Below are positions 1 to 11,409 of a DNA stretch of 20,000 bases, piece after piece. The notes below the pieces were generated by a model that saw only the letters and a list, made by a program, of their open reading frames with translations, searched no databases and was not told the origin of the DNA. How positions within the stretch are numbered: position 1 is the first letter of the stretch; each line of letters starts with the position of its first letter. The DNA is from Chiloscyllium plagiosum (Eukaryota), in assembly GCF_004010195.1 (NCBI RefSeq), contig NC_057711.1, positions 1,411,969 to 1,431,968 of the forward strand, read 5' to 3'. Position numbers and translations under genes: made by a program.

Positions 1-780
1 CCAAGTATTAGCTTTCTGCCCCTTTTGGGGTGGGAGGTGGAAGGGTTGGAGCTTTGCTGACCCTATAGCCCCAGCAGTGGGCCCCTGACAGTAGGGATGG
101 GGGTGCTGTTGGGGGTCGGACTGAGGGTACATCTGGGGGAGGGAGTTGGTGTTGGGGTATCAACAGGAGCTACTTGGCTGACGTTGGTGAAGGGAAGATT
201 TGGGGGTGGCAATGGGTGGTTGGGTTTCGGGGACTTAGCGTTGGGGGGAGTGGGGGAAGATTAAAGAGATGGTGTGACATTGGATTCCAGAGGGATAATC
301 CAGTAAAGCTGGTGAATGGTGTGTACTGATCTGTCCCATTGGTATATTACCAAATGGCAATGCTCCAGTGGTCCCAGTGATCTCACTCCCAGCTTTACTG
401 TGTTATTGTTGGCAATTCTTCTTGTTGTGGGGGAGGGGTTACCTCAGTGGGGACAGTGGACAGCCCCAAACGAGGGTCACTCCTGACATGTACCCCTCAG
501 GGGGAGCTACCTGTGTGAGATGGTCCTGTCCCCATCACGTAATGCTCTGAGGTTTCAATGGGGCATTCTGCACTGGCAGGGGGCAATTACTGCCACCTCA
601 CCCCTCCCCCTCCCCTGTTAACCCTGTCCCTCTCTGTCTCTCTCAGGGCACTGTCAGACCAGATGAGTGTTTCCAATATTAGATTAGAATGTTAAACTGT
701 CTAATTGTGTTAGGTGCATTAGTTAGGGGCAAATATCGGGTAGGGGAATGGGTTTGGGTGGGCTACTCTTTGGAGGGCCA

Positions 781-1077
781 GTGTGGAAACAAACCATTTG
801 GCCCAACAAGTCCATGCTGACCCTCTGAAGAGTAACCCACCTAGACCCATGCCCCTACATTTCCCTCTGACTAATGCACCTACATTACGGGCAATTTAGC
901 ATGGCCAATTCACCTAACCTGCACATCTTTGGACTGTGGGAGGAAACCGGAGCACCCGGAGGAAACCCACGCAGATACGGGGAGAATGTATAGACTCCAT
1001 CGTCTGAGGGGGGAATCGAACCTGGGTCCCTGGCACTGTGAAGCAGCAGTGCTAACCACTGAGCCACCGTACCGCCC
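781..1077 (-). mobile_element. HE1-type tRNA-derived V-SINE
   Basis: A box TGGCTCAGTGG, B box GGTTCGATTCC, V domain TTCTCCCCGTATCTGCGTGGGTTTCCTCCGGGTGCTCCGGTTTCCTCCCACA, CR1-like tail. Confidence 0.85.
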
Positions 1078-1186
1078 ATGTCTTCACTTCAGATCTCCAG
1101 CTCCTGTTCCTGCACATGCATTCCGGTTACTTTGCGAGGGTCACCATTTCCGAGATTAGCCCTTTCTCTCAGATTAACACAGTTTA

Positions 1187-1655
1187 TAAATTCATAAGGT
1201 ATCGGACCAGAATTAGGCCATTCGGCCCATCGAGTCAGTTCCGCCATTTGATCATGGCTGATATGCTCCTCACCCCCATTTTCCTGCCTTCTCTCCATAT
1301 TCCTTCAACCCATTACCAATTTAAAACATCTGTCTAACTCTTCAATAAATGTACTCACTGTCCCAGCATGCACTGCCCTTTGGGGTAGTGAATCCCACAG
1401 ATTCACAACCCTTTGGGAGAAGTAGTTGCTCCTCAACTCTGTGTTAAATTTGCTCCCCCTTATCCTAAGACTGTGACCTCTCTCCAAGAATCCTCCATAA
1501 GAGGAAGCATCTGCTCCCCATCTATTTTATCCACACCTTCTATCATCTTGAAAACCTCAATTTGATCTCCCCTCATGCTTCTAAATTCCAGTGAGTATAC
1601 TGTTCATTTTCTCTTCATACGACACACCCCTCATCTCTGGGCTCAACCCAATGTA
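1187..1655 (-). mobile_element. CR1 LINE 3' fragment
   Basis: Translates to RGHSLRIRG...RSNYFSQRVVNLWDSLP (CR1 ORF2 C-terminus) plus 3'UTR tail GATGGGCCGAATGGCCTAATTCTG. Confidence 0.85.
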
Positions 1656-1694
1656 ACACCTCCCACCTTCACGGGCTGGACTCAGGACCTTTCG

Positions 1695-1935
1695 GGGACA
1701 CAGAGTGAAGATTCCAGGCAAAAGGTGTAGGGTGTGGTTTGCTGGCGGGGGCTGGTCATGAGCTGGAACTCACTGCCCCCCCCCCCCGAGGTGAGGAAGA
1801 GGGAGTGGTTCCGAGTGGCAATGGGATTGGGCAGTTGAGGGAATCAAACTGGATTGCAGGGATAGCATGGGGGCATGGGGCTGAATGGATTGCTCCACAG
1901 CCTTGATGGACCGAATGGAGTCTTTCTGCACTCTC
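1695..1935 (+). mobile_element. Highly degenerate CR1 3' end
   Basis: GTCATGAGCTGGAACTCACTGCC and GATGGACCGAATGG..TCTTTCTGCAC tail motifs. Confidence 0.5.
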
Positions 1936-2149
1936 TCAATGAACGTAGGCCTTTGGGTGAGATGTGCAGCAATGTAACCGCTTTAACAAATTAACTAACC
2001 AGGCTTTTTTTGCAATGCCACAGACCCATCTTTGTCTGATAATCACAGATGGTATTAGTCCCCCAGTCAGGTACGCTACCACCTCATAGTCAAAACCTTC
2101 TGTGTTCCAGAGCTTTCAAAACTGGCCCTGTGCAGTACAGCAGGACACC

Positions 2150-2285
2150 CTGTCTGCTCTCCCGGGTGGGTGCAAAAGATCTCGTGGGGGTATTTCAATG
2201 AGGAGCAGAGGTGTTTGCCCCAGTGTCCTGCTCAATATTTCTCCGTCAGTAAATGCCACAGAGACAGATGGCTGTCATGTCACCA
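2150..2285 (+). mobile_element. Deu-domain SINE remnant (AmnSINE1/SacSINE1 superfamily)
   Basis: CTGTCTGCTCTCCCGGGTGGGTGCAAAAGATCTCGTGGGG...GAGGAGCAGAGG...CCCCAGTGTCCTGCTCAATATTT resembles the Deu core as recalled. Confidence 0.6.
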
Positions 2286-2675
2286 TGTGAGTGTCCCAGC
2301 TGGAGATTCTGAACAAGTCCGATCCCAGAGTGAATCTGCTTTGATGGACCACACATTACCCAGCGGTGGAAACATTTGATCCAACAACAAGGGGTTCTCC
2401 AGGAAACTTCACTGCAGTCACATCCTTCAGGACCTGTCCTTATGTCACCGCTCAAATAAATGTTTGACCTTACCAAAATAAAAAAGACCCTTCAGAGAAA
2501 TAACGCTGTCAGTCTTCCCAGTGCAATCACCTGTACCTCGAGATTATTTTCATCATAAGGAAGCTAGAGTTGGGCAATAAATGTTGGCCTAACCACTGAC
2601 ATCTGTATCCTGTGTGTGAATAAATCCCAATAGCAGCGCAGGAACGAGGGGACAGCACCTACTCCTGAACTGTGT

Positions 2676-2796
2676 CATTCCTGATGAAGGGCTTATGCCC
2701 GAAACATCGACTCTCCTGCTCCTCAGATGCTGCCTGACGTGCTGCGCTTTTCCAGCACCACACTCTCGACTCTGATCTCCAGCATCTGTCGCCCAG
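2676..2796 (+). mobile_element. Short Penelope-like (pLTR-type) element with minimal hammerhead core, solo copy
   Basis: CTGATGA (2681-2687) A GGGC TTAT GCCC GAAAC ATC; flanked by 13-bp direct repeat TCCTGAACTGTGT (2663-2675 and 2797-2809). Confidence 0.75.
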
Positions 2797-3069
2797 TCCT
2801 GAACTGTGTGGCTGAGGAGGAGCAACAAAGTCATAGATTGGAGTATTTTTAAAATAGTAAACTATAAACAGAAAGGTGAAAATGAAGGGCGGTAGCTGAG
2901 GAATGAAGACAGATTCTCCTTCAGCCACATACTTCTAATCTTTTTATTTCTAAACTATTCCAACTGGTGCCATATTGTGGCAACAGATGAGGCTTTTCAT
3001 TGTATGGTGCTGTATTATTCCCGGTAAAATGCAATCAATCATTCAATTCAACACAAAAGACATAAACCT

Positions 3070-3550
3070 CTGATCTGGATAGATTACATTCATGCATTTC
3101 TAAAGAATCTCGAGAAGAAACCCTACTATCCGTATTTAATAATTCATGAGAAAAAGGTGTTGTGCCAGAGGACTGGTACAGAGCTAATTTAATTCCTGTG
3201 TTGAAGTGAATTATCGTGAATTATAGACCTGTCAGCTTAATGCTAGGGGAAAAATATTCTTGCTAAAGGAGAGAATAGGAAATACGAACATGAGAAAGAG
3301 GATCAGGGTAGAGCCTATATTGTGTTGTAGTAAGATCATGGTTGTTCCTAAATAACATCTCAAAAAGTGAAGCATCATAAATCTTCAGCATGGATTTCAA
3401 GAGGAAAAGCCTTGCTTGACTAAACTCATTGAATCTTTGACGAGGTAACTGAGAGAGCGGACAATTACAATGCAGTCGGTGTAATTTATCTGTCGTTTCA
3501 AAGATCCTCTCCAGTAGAAAAATAAATAAAGTCAGAGAATGTGGAGGTGG
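3070..3550 (+). mobile_element. Old degenerate CR1 RT fragment (continues at ~5116-5985 after nested insertions)
   Basis: Remnants of VPEDW, NYRPVSL, QHGF, CLTKLIE motifs with frameshifts. Confidence 0.7.
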
Positions 3551-3589
3551 GGCTGGAATTAAGAGTCTAATGTTAATTGTGGATCATTG

Positions 3590-3788
3590 TCGATTGTTGG
3601 AAAAACCCAGCTGGGTCACTAATGTCCTTTAGGGAAGGAAACTGCCATCCTTATCTGGTCTGGGCCTACACGTGACTCCAGACCCACAGCAATGAGGTTG
3701 ACTCTTTACTGCCCTCTGGTCAATTGGGGATGGGCAATAAATGATGGCCTGACCAGAGGCACCCTCGCCCTGCAAATAAATAAAAAAT
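3590..3788 (+). mobile_element. SINE 3' portion sharing its tail with the LINE at 6697-6917
   Basis: CACTAATGTCCTTTAGGGAAGGAAA body and GGGATGGGCAATAAATG..TGGCC tail ending in an A-rich run; similar tail on the minus strand near 6700-6755. Confidence 0.65.
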
Positions 3789-3807
3789 ACTGACGGAAAG
3801 TCAGAGA

Positions 3808-5115
3808 GTGAAAATAGATAAGTCCCCTGGGCCAGATGGGATCTATCCTAGGATCCTCTGGGAAGCCAAGGAGGAGATTGCTGAGCCTTTGGAATTGATC
3901 TTTAAATCACTATTGTCTACAGAAATAGTGCCAGAAGACTGGAGGATAGAAAATGTGGTTCCCCTGTTCAAGAAGGGGAGTAGAGACAACCCTGGTAATT
4001 ATAGACCAGTGAGCCTCACTTCAGTTGTTGGTAAAGTGTTGGAAAAGGTTATAAGAGATAGGATTTATAATCATCTTGAAAAGAATAATTTGATTAGGGA
4101 TAGTCAGCACGGTTTTGTGAAGGGTAGGTTGTGCCTCACAAACCTTATTGAGTTCTTTGAGAAGGTGACCAAACAGGTAGATGAGAGTAAACCGGTTGAT
4201 GTGGTGTAAATGGATTTCAGCAAGGCGTTCGATAAGGTTCCGCACAGTAGGCTATTGTACAAAATGCGGAGGAATGGGATTGTGGGAGATATAGCAGTTT
4301 GGATCAGTAATTGGCTTGCTGAAAGAAGACAGAGGGTGGTGGTTGATGGGAAATGTTCATCCTGGAGTCCANNNNNNNNNNNNNNNNNNNNNNNNNNNNN
4401 NNNNNNNNNNNNNNNNNNNNNNNNNNNNNNNNNNNNNNNNNNNNNNNNNNNNNNNNNNNNNNNNNNNNNNNNNNNNNNNNNNNNNNNNNNNNNNNNNNNN
4501 NNNNNNNNNNNNNNNNNNNNNNNNNNNNNNNNNNNNNNNNNNNNNNNNNNNNNNNNNNNNNNNNNNNNNNNNNNNNNNNNNNNNNNNNNNNNNNNNNNNN
4601 NNNNNNNNNNNNNNNNNNNNNNNNNNNNNNNNNNNNNNNNNNNNNNNNNNNNNNNNNNNNNNNNNNNNNNNNNNNNNNNNNNNNNNNNNNGAGGAAAGGC
4701 TGAGGGACTTGAGGCTGTTTTCGTTAGAGAGAAGAAGGTTGAGAGGTGACTTAATAGAGACATATAAGATAATCAGAGGGTTAGATAGGGTGGACAGTGG
4801 GAGTGAGAGCCTTTTTCCAAGTATGGTGACAGTGAGCATGAGGGGGCAAAGCTTTAAATTGAGGGGTGATAGATATAGGACAGATGTCAGAGGTAGTTTC
4901 TTTACTCAGAGAGTAGTAAGGATATGGAAGGCTTTGCCTGCAATGGTAGTAGATTCGCCAACATTAAGTGCATTTAATTCGTCATTGGACAAGCATATGG
5001 ATGTACATGGAATAGTGTAGGTTAGATGGGCTTCAGATTGGTATGACAGGGCGGCGCAACATTGAGGGCCGAAGGGCCTGTACTGCGCTGTTATGTTCTA
5101 TGCTCTATGTTCTAT
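3808..5115 (+). mobile_element. Younger 5'-truncated CR1/HER1 LINE, ORF2 RT region, premature stop at 4207-4209, spans an assembly gap
   Basis: KSPGPDGIYPRIL...NYRPVSLTSVVGKVLE...QHGF...CLTNLIEFF...DFSKAFDKVPH; C-terminal EERL...RRRLRGDLIETYKI...FFTQRVV; (TGTTCTA)-type tail. Confidence 0.92.
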
Positions 5116-5985
5116 AAAGGCAGAAAATAACAGTGCAATCAGAGGTTTGTTATTCAGTGTGGCAGAAAGTGTGAGTGACATTTCATTTATGCTGGGATTA
5201 CTGCTGTTCAATGTGTATATTAGATTATATCTGGTGATTGAAAACACAATTCCTTAATTGGGTGGGGAATAGCCAATGCATAGGAGTGATGCAACAACTT
5301 ACTGAAGGCAATCAATAAACTTGCAGAATTGCCAAACAGCTGGCAAATGAATTGCAAATGCATAAGCATGAGGTAATACGTATCAGTGGGAAGAGTTGGG
5401 AGATCACTTATTACTTACTCTAGGTGGTAGACAGGAACAGCAAGAGAACTCCGAAAAATACACCAATCACAACACGCTGTCTGACAGGTTATCGTGATAT
5501 TACAAGGCAAAACAATCTCTAACAGATAGAATTGAGAGGAGGGAAAGTTATATTTGTATGGAACCTTGGATGGATCACAGTAATGCATGTGTACCAGTCT
5601 GGTTACCTCATTATGGAAATGGTACAGAGGCATAGGAGAAGGTGCTGGGATGTGTTGACAAAGTTGAAATGAGAGGGTCACACATTCGAAAAAGATTGAC
5701 AGTCCAAGTCTATTCTGTCTTCCAATAAACAGGCTGAGGGAGTGACTGAATGGAGGTCTACGAGGGGATGCATTCCGAGAGAAAGATTCTTCTTTGGGGT
5801 AGGAATCCATCAATATCAGATCATCCCCAACAAATCTAATCAGGCTTTCAGGATAAACTCCACCAGCTGGGAGGAATGTGGATGAAGTGAACTATCCAGA
5901 CATGCTGAAGGGGAAACCAGAGATAGATGAGGGAGGATGAGAGGAGACAAAGACTGAATGGGATGAATGGCCTGTTGCTATGCTG
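5116..5985 (+). mobile_element. Old degenerate CR1 ORF2 3' half
   Basis: Decayed WQM, RLRGD-like and 3' tail GAATGGCCTGTT motifs; colinear continuation of 3070-3550. Confidence 0.55.
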
Positions 5986-6149
5986 TCTGGTGCAGGTATA
6001 TTTGGACAGGTGCTTAGTGCACACACAGTGCTGAGACCTCAGTCTGATCTGTCAGTCTCTGCTCACTCTCCTAACTCAGCGTTTTGAGCAGAGTGTGTTG
6101 CGTTTGTTTTTAGATCATTTCTGGGTCTGTAGGTTGTTAAAGAGGCAGA

Positions 6150-6560
6150 GAGATGGCTTTTGATAGGGTAATGTGCTCCACTGTAGATGTCTAGGTGGGG
6201 CAGAGGAGATGTGGGAGACCAGGGAGGTTTTGAATATTCCTGGAGACTATGTTACAGGAAATGTGTTTGGTTGCGAATCTGATTGGACTGCATGGATCGG
6301 TTGGAGCAACAGTTAGAAGAGTTTACAGGAACCGGAGGTGTGATGGATAGCAGTTTCAGGAAGGTGGAGACACTGCAGATACAGGGTCACGGTGATGGCT
6401 GACTGCTCGGAATGGTAGGATGGGGAGGCAGGTTGTGCAGGAGTCTTCTATGGGTATTCCCACCTCAAACAAATCTGCTGTTTCAGAAATCATAGGGAGA
6501 GATGGGCTCTCAGGGGGTGTAGCACTAACGGCCAGGGCAGTATGGAAAGGGATGAGGTTC
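6150..6560 (+). mobile_element. CR1 ORF1 / 5' region remnant
   Basis: Decayed MWE...KC...LEQQL...DSSFRKV...IPTSNKSAV pattern resembling CR1 ORF1 zinc finger/leucine zipper region. Confidence 0.55.
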
Positions 6561-6696
6561 TGCAGACAGCATATAGGAAACAAGTCAGGAGGTTAAAATA
6601 TACTTATCAAGGGCTTCCCCCACACTCCCCCATTTCTATTCCATTTTCTATTGTGAATTAAGGGGAAGCTGCCATCAATAACAGGTGGAAGTTTGT

Positions 6697-6917
6697 ATTC
6701 AGTCGTGGAATGTGGGCATTTCTGGCTGGGTCCAGTATTTATTACCCGTCCCTAGTTGCCCCATTGAGAAGGTGGGGGTGAGCTGCCTTCCTGACCCGCT
6801 GCAGTCCATGTGCTGTAGGGTGACCCACAATGCCCTGAGGGAGGGAATTCCAGGATTCTGACCCCGGGACATTGAAGGAAAGGCAATATATTTCCAAGTC
6901 AGGATGGGGAGGGGCTT
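6697..6917 (-). mobile_element. CR1/L2-clade LINE 3' end
   Basis: SFNVPGSESWNSLPQGIVG..TAHGLQRVRKAAHPHLL ORF2 C-terminus and tail; homologous to 10410-10560. Confidence 0.8.
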
Positions 6918-7894
6918 NNNNNNNNNNNNNNNNNNNNNNNNNNNNNNNNNNNNNNNNNNNNNNNNNNNNNNNNNNNNNNNNNNNNNNNNNNNNNNNNNNN
7001 NNNNNNNNNNNNNNNNNNNNNNNNNNNNNNNNNNNNNNNNNNNNNNNNNNNNNNNNNNNNNNNNNNNNNNNNNNNNNNNNNNNNNNNNNNNNNNNNNNNN
7101 NNNNNNNNNNNNNNNNNNNNNNNNNNNNNNNNNNNNNNNNNNNNNNNNNNNNNNNNNNNNNNNNNNNNNNNNNNNNNNNNNNNNNNNNNNNNNNNNNNNN
7201 NNNNNNNNNNNNNNNNNNNNNNNNNNNNNNNNNNNNNNNNNNNNNNNNNNNNNNNNNNNNNNNNNNNNNNNNNNNNNNNNNNNNNNNNNNNNNNNNNNNN
7301 NNNNNNNNNNNNNNNNNNNNNNNNNNNNNNNNNNNNNNNNNNNNNNNNNNNNNNNNNNNNNNNNNNNNNNNNNNNNNNNNNNNNNNNNNNNNNNNNNNNN
7401 NNNNNNNNNNNNNNNNNNNNNNNNNNNNNNNNNNNNNNNNNNNNNNNNNNNNNNNNNNNNNNNNNNNNNNNNNNNNNNNNNNNNNNNNNNNNNNNNNNNN
7501 NNNNNNNNNNNNNNNNNNNNNNNNNNNNNNNNNNNNNNNNNNNNNNNNNNNNNNNNNNNNNNNNNNNNNNNNNNNNNNNNNNNNNNNNNNNNNNNNNNNN
7601 NNNNNNNNNNNNNNNNNNNNNNNNNNNNNNNNNNNNNNNNNNNNNNNNNNNNNNNNNNNNNNNNNNNNNNNNNNNNNNNNNNNACTGTCCTCCCTCTTCC
7701 CTGGGACCATTCTGGTGAGTCACTGTCCACCCGCTCAGGGACCCTCCCATTTTTATAAAGGAATGAAAAATAAAATCCCGTCTTCCAAACATCTGGGGCC
7801 CAATCCCGAGTGCTCCCTCTGTCTCTGTGCCTTTCCCTTCCCTTCCCTCAATGCCATTTAGCACGCGGAGCGGGGGTGGGATGTGTGTGCTCAC

Positions 7895-7996
7895 CCTGAT
7901 GTGGCTCTCTCTCTTGTCAATCCAGTACTTGTGAAATTTGACAATGTTGGGATGTTCCAGTTGCATGAAATGCTCAAAAACCAACTTAATATTCTC
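7895..7996 (-). CDS. NRBP-family (nuclear receptor-binding protein, NRBP1/NRBP2-like) pseudokinase internal exon: ENIKLVFEHFMQLEHPNIVKFHKYWIDKRESHIR
   Basis: Acceptor cctcctccccacAG (7998-7997), donor GTGAGC at 7894; 102 bp, phase 0-0, open frame; QLEHPNIVKFHKYW-x-D motif matches NRBP1/NRBP2 as recalled. Paralog not resolvable from 34 aa. Confidence 0.85.
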
Positions 7997-8454
7997 CTGT
8001 GGGGAGGAGGCGAGAGTTCCCAGTCAGAAAGAGGGGCTTGTTAGACAGGGCAGAACCAGCTCCTTCCCCCCACCCCATCCCCATTCCCTCCCACAGCACA
8101 GGGACAGGGGGTTCGCCTCAGTCTTTCTATACCGGGAGGGAGTCACTGTCACCTGGGAATTGGCAGCAGGCCCAGCACAATCAATCCCAAAGGGAATTGG
8201 GGAAGGAGAGACAGAAACAAGGATTTACCAACTTATCACCGAATCGATACAGCACAGGAGGCCATTCAGCCCAATGTACACCCACTAGCTCTTCCTCATG
8301 GTCTCGAGCAGTGGAGCTCATGAGAGATCCTTCAAGGCTCCAGCAGTCATTACCCTCCAGCTGTTTGGTTCCATGACATCTCTCAACCCTCTCCCCTCAT
8401 AAGGAAAGCCGAGGCAATACGAGAGCCCAGCTGAAAATGCTGTTCCACATCCAA

Positions 8455-8590
8455 CACCATAAGACCATCAGACACAGGAGCAGATTTAGGCCATTCAGCC
8501 CATCCAATCTGCTCCACCATTCGATCATGGCTGACATGTTCCTCAACCCCATTCTCCAGTCTTCTCCCCGATCCCTCTACCAACCAAATA
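8455..8590 (-). mobile_element. CR1 3' tail
   Basis: GTCAGCCATGATCGAATGGTGGAGCAG..GGGCTGAATGGCCTAAATCTGCTCC; homologous to 1190-1300. Confidence 0.75.
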
Positions 8591-8690
8591 GCCTAATGTG
8601 AGGCACCTTATCAAAATCTTTCAGAGAACCCTCATATATTACATGTACATCAAGATCCCCTTGATCTATCCCACTTGTTACTGCCACTCA

Positions 8691-9193
8691 GGTGGATGGA
8701 GCTTGTAAGAAGGCCTATGGTGTATTAGCGTTCATTAGCAGAGGGATTGAATTCAAGAGTCGTGAGGTGATGTTGCAGCTGTACAGGACCTTGGTAAGGC
8801 CACAGTTGGAATACTGTGTACAGTTCTGGTCGCCTCACTTTAGGAAAGATGTGGAAGCTTTGGAGAGGGTGCAGAGAAGATTTACCAGGATGTTGCCTGG
8901 AATGGAGAATAGGTAGTACGAGGATAGGTTGAGAGTGCTAGACCTTTTCTCATTGGAATACGGTGAAGGGTGGAAGGTATAGGGGAGATGTCAGGGGTGG
9001 GATCTTTACCCAGAGAGTGGTGGGGGCATGGAATGCGCTGTCTGTGGGAGCGGCAGAGTCAGAATCATTGATGACCTTTAAGCAGCAATTGGATAGGTAC
9101 ATGGATGGGTGCTTAAGCTAGGACAAATGTTCGACACAACATCGTGGGCCGAAGGGCCTGTTCTGTGCTGTATTGTTCTATGTTCTATGTTCT
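8691..9193 (+). mobile_element. CR1 3' fragment with internal deletion, nested in an older minus-strand CR1 (~8590-8690 and ~9194-9500)
   Basis: LQLYRTLVRPQLEYCVQFWSPHFRKDVEALERVQRRFTRMLPG; (TGTTCTA)n tail. Confidence 0.88.
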
Positions 9194-9570
9194 GAAGAAT
9201 TCCAGTGACTGTTTCAGGAAAGATTTCCCCTTCACGAACCTGCACTGATTACCTCTGCTAATGCATCCTTTATAACAGACTCCAACATTTCCCCAATAGC
9301 AGACATTGTGATAACTCACCAGCAGTTGTCTGATTTTTGTCTCCTCCCCTTTTTACATAAAACTGTTACACTGGCAGTTTCTCAATCCCCTGAGACATTT
9401 CCAGCATCTTAGGATCCCTGGAAGATTATGACCAGTCCATTCACAATCAAGTCTGGAGCTAAATTCCTTTAAAATCTCAGGATGCAACACATCAGGTTTA
9501 GGGACTTGTTAAAAATTCATGGACAGAATGTGGGTGTCTCTGGCTGGCCAGTCTTTATTGCACATCCCTT

Positions 9571-9860
9571 GGGCGGCACGGTGGCTCAGTGGTTAGCACT
9601 GCTGCCTCACAGGGCCAGTGGTCTCTGGGTTCCAATCCAGCCTCGGGTGACTGTCTGTGTGGAGCTTGCACGTTCTCCCCGTGTCTGCGTGGGTTTCCTC
9701 CCACAGTCCAGAGATGTGCAGGTCAGGGTGAATTGGTCACCGAAAATTACCCACCATGTGCAGGCTAGGTGGGTTAGCCATAGGCAACGTAGGGATTGGG
9801 GTGGGATGCTCTTCAGAGGGTCAGTGTGGAGTTGTTGGGCTGAATGGCCTGGGAATCTAG
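9571..9860 (+). mobile_element. HE1-type V-SINE inserted into a LINE/SINE 3' tail
   Basis: GGGCGGCACGGTGGCTCAGTGGTTAGCACTGCTGCCTCACAG head, B box GGTTCCAATCC, V domain; homologous to 781-1077. Confidence 0.85.
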
Positions 9861-10052
9861 GATTGCCCTTGAATGAATGTATGATTTTATTGTCAAATAT
9901 AATCTTGAAGATACAGCGAATGGCATTTTGTTGCCAATAAGTCTTCATCATCTGTTCAAGCTGGGGTCTTAGGCACAGCTTCAGGGCTTCAGCAAGATCT
10001 CTGCAAGGTGTCCCGATCCTCAGGGAGCCTTCGCTCCAGGAACAGCAACACT

Positions 10053-10373
10053 GATTAGATTAGATTCCCCACAGTGTGGAAACAGGCCCTTCAGCCCAAC
10101 CAGTCTACACCACCCCTCGGAAGGGTAACCCACCCAGACCCACTTCCTTCTGACTAATGCACCTAACACTATGGGCAATTTAGCCTGGCCAATTCACCTG
10201 ACCTGCCCATCTTTGGATTGTGGGAGGAAACCGGAGCACCCAGAGGAAACCCACGCAGTCACGGGGAGAACGTGCAAACTCCACACAGTCAGTCGCCTGA
10301 GGCTGGAATCGAACCTGGGACTTTGGTGCTGGGAGGCAGCAGTACTAACCACTGAGCCACAGTGCCACCACGG
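10053..10373 (-). mobile_element. HE1-type V-SINE, near full length
   Basis: A/B boxes, V domain and (AATCT)n tail; homologous to the other copies. Confidence 0.85.
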
Positions 10374-10409
10374 AGAGCTGGCCCTGGAGACCCCAGTTTT
10401 GCTGTCTGA

Positions 10410-10925
10410 CCAACACCGAGAAGGTTGGGGTGGGGGTGAAGCTGCCTTCCTGACCCGCTGCAGTCCATGTGCTGTGGGTTGACCCACAATGCCCTGAGGG
10501 AGGGAATTCCAGGATTCTGACCCAGTGACAGTGAGGGAACGGTGATAGTGAGGGGCTTGGAGGGGAACCTGCAGGGGGAGGTCCTTCTAGACGGAAGTGG
10601 GTGTGGGTGTTTGTGGATGTGGTGCCAATCAAATGGGGGCTGCTTTGCCCTGGATGGTGTTGAGCTTCTTGAGTGTTTGTTGGAGCTGCCCCCATCCAGG
10701 GCAAGTGGGGAGTATTCCATCACCCTCCTGCCTTGTCCCTTGTAGATGGTGGAGGGTGATGGCTTTGGGGAGTCAGGAGGGGAGTTACTTGCTGCAGGAT
10801 TCCCAGCCTCTGACCTGCCCTTGTAGCCGCTGTGTTTATGTGGTGAGTTCAAGTGAGTGTCTGGCCACTGGTCACCCTCAGGATGTTGATAGTGGGGGGG
10901 GGGGGGGTTCAGTGATGGTTTGATA
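10410..10925 (-). mobile_element. CR1/L2-clade LINE ORF2 fragment
   Basis: TIYKGQGRRVMEYSPLA and WNSLP-type motifs; same family as 6697-6917. Confidence 0.78.
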
Positions 10926-11409
10926 AAGTTCAAACATCACAGCAGTTTGCCTCATTTTACTAACTCTTTTATTCACTGAGTAAATTCAGTGTGAGAGAGG
11001 AACAACATGTCCATCTCTCTCTTATCTCCCTGCAGCTCAGTTTTCAGTCTGCCTCTGTAGGGAGATATAATGGGCTCACCAAAACTCTGTGGATCATCAG
11101 CCAGAGACTTGCAGATAAGGTGAAGGCAGGAATTTGTCAGGTCTCCCTGATGTTTAGTGCATACTTTTGAGAGGGGTAAGTTTATTTATTCATGAGTGCA
11201 GACTAAATGCAAGTGGGGTCAGATGTTCCTGCTGTGCGATGGTGAGAGGGGAGTTACTGGTGTAAAGTCCTATCCCTCCCTCTGCCCTCAGCTCTGCAGC
11301 ATTAAACCCTGGGGTGAGAGAGTCTTACTGTGTCCCAGCCCCAACGCAGCCTGAAGTTATGAGCTGAACGTCAATCCTGATTGGGAGTGTTCTGTATAAA
11401 ATATCACCT

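Noticed and set aside
301..400. 12-bp inverted repeat CAGTAAAGCTGG / CCAGCTTTACTG
   Set aside because: Short, with no clear TSD or internal pairing; insufficient for a MITE or miRNA call.
2359..2433. Candidate minus-strand exon (VLKDVTAVKFPGEPLVVGSNVSTA)
   Set aside because: No polypyrimidine tract and no resemblance to NRBP or another protein I recognise.
2656..2670. GCACCTACTCCTGAAC-like match shared with ~19006-19021
   Set aside because: Isolated short match, likely chance or a decayed SINE head.
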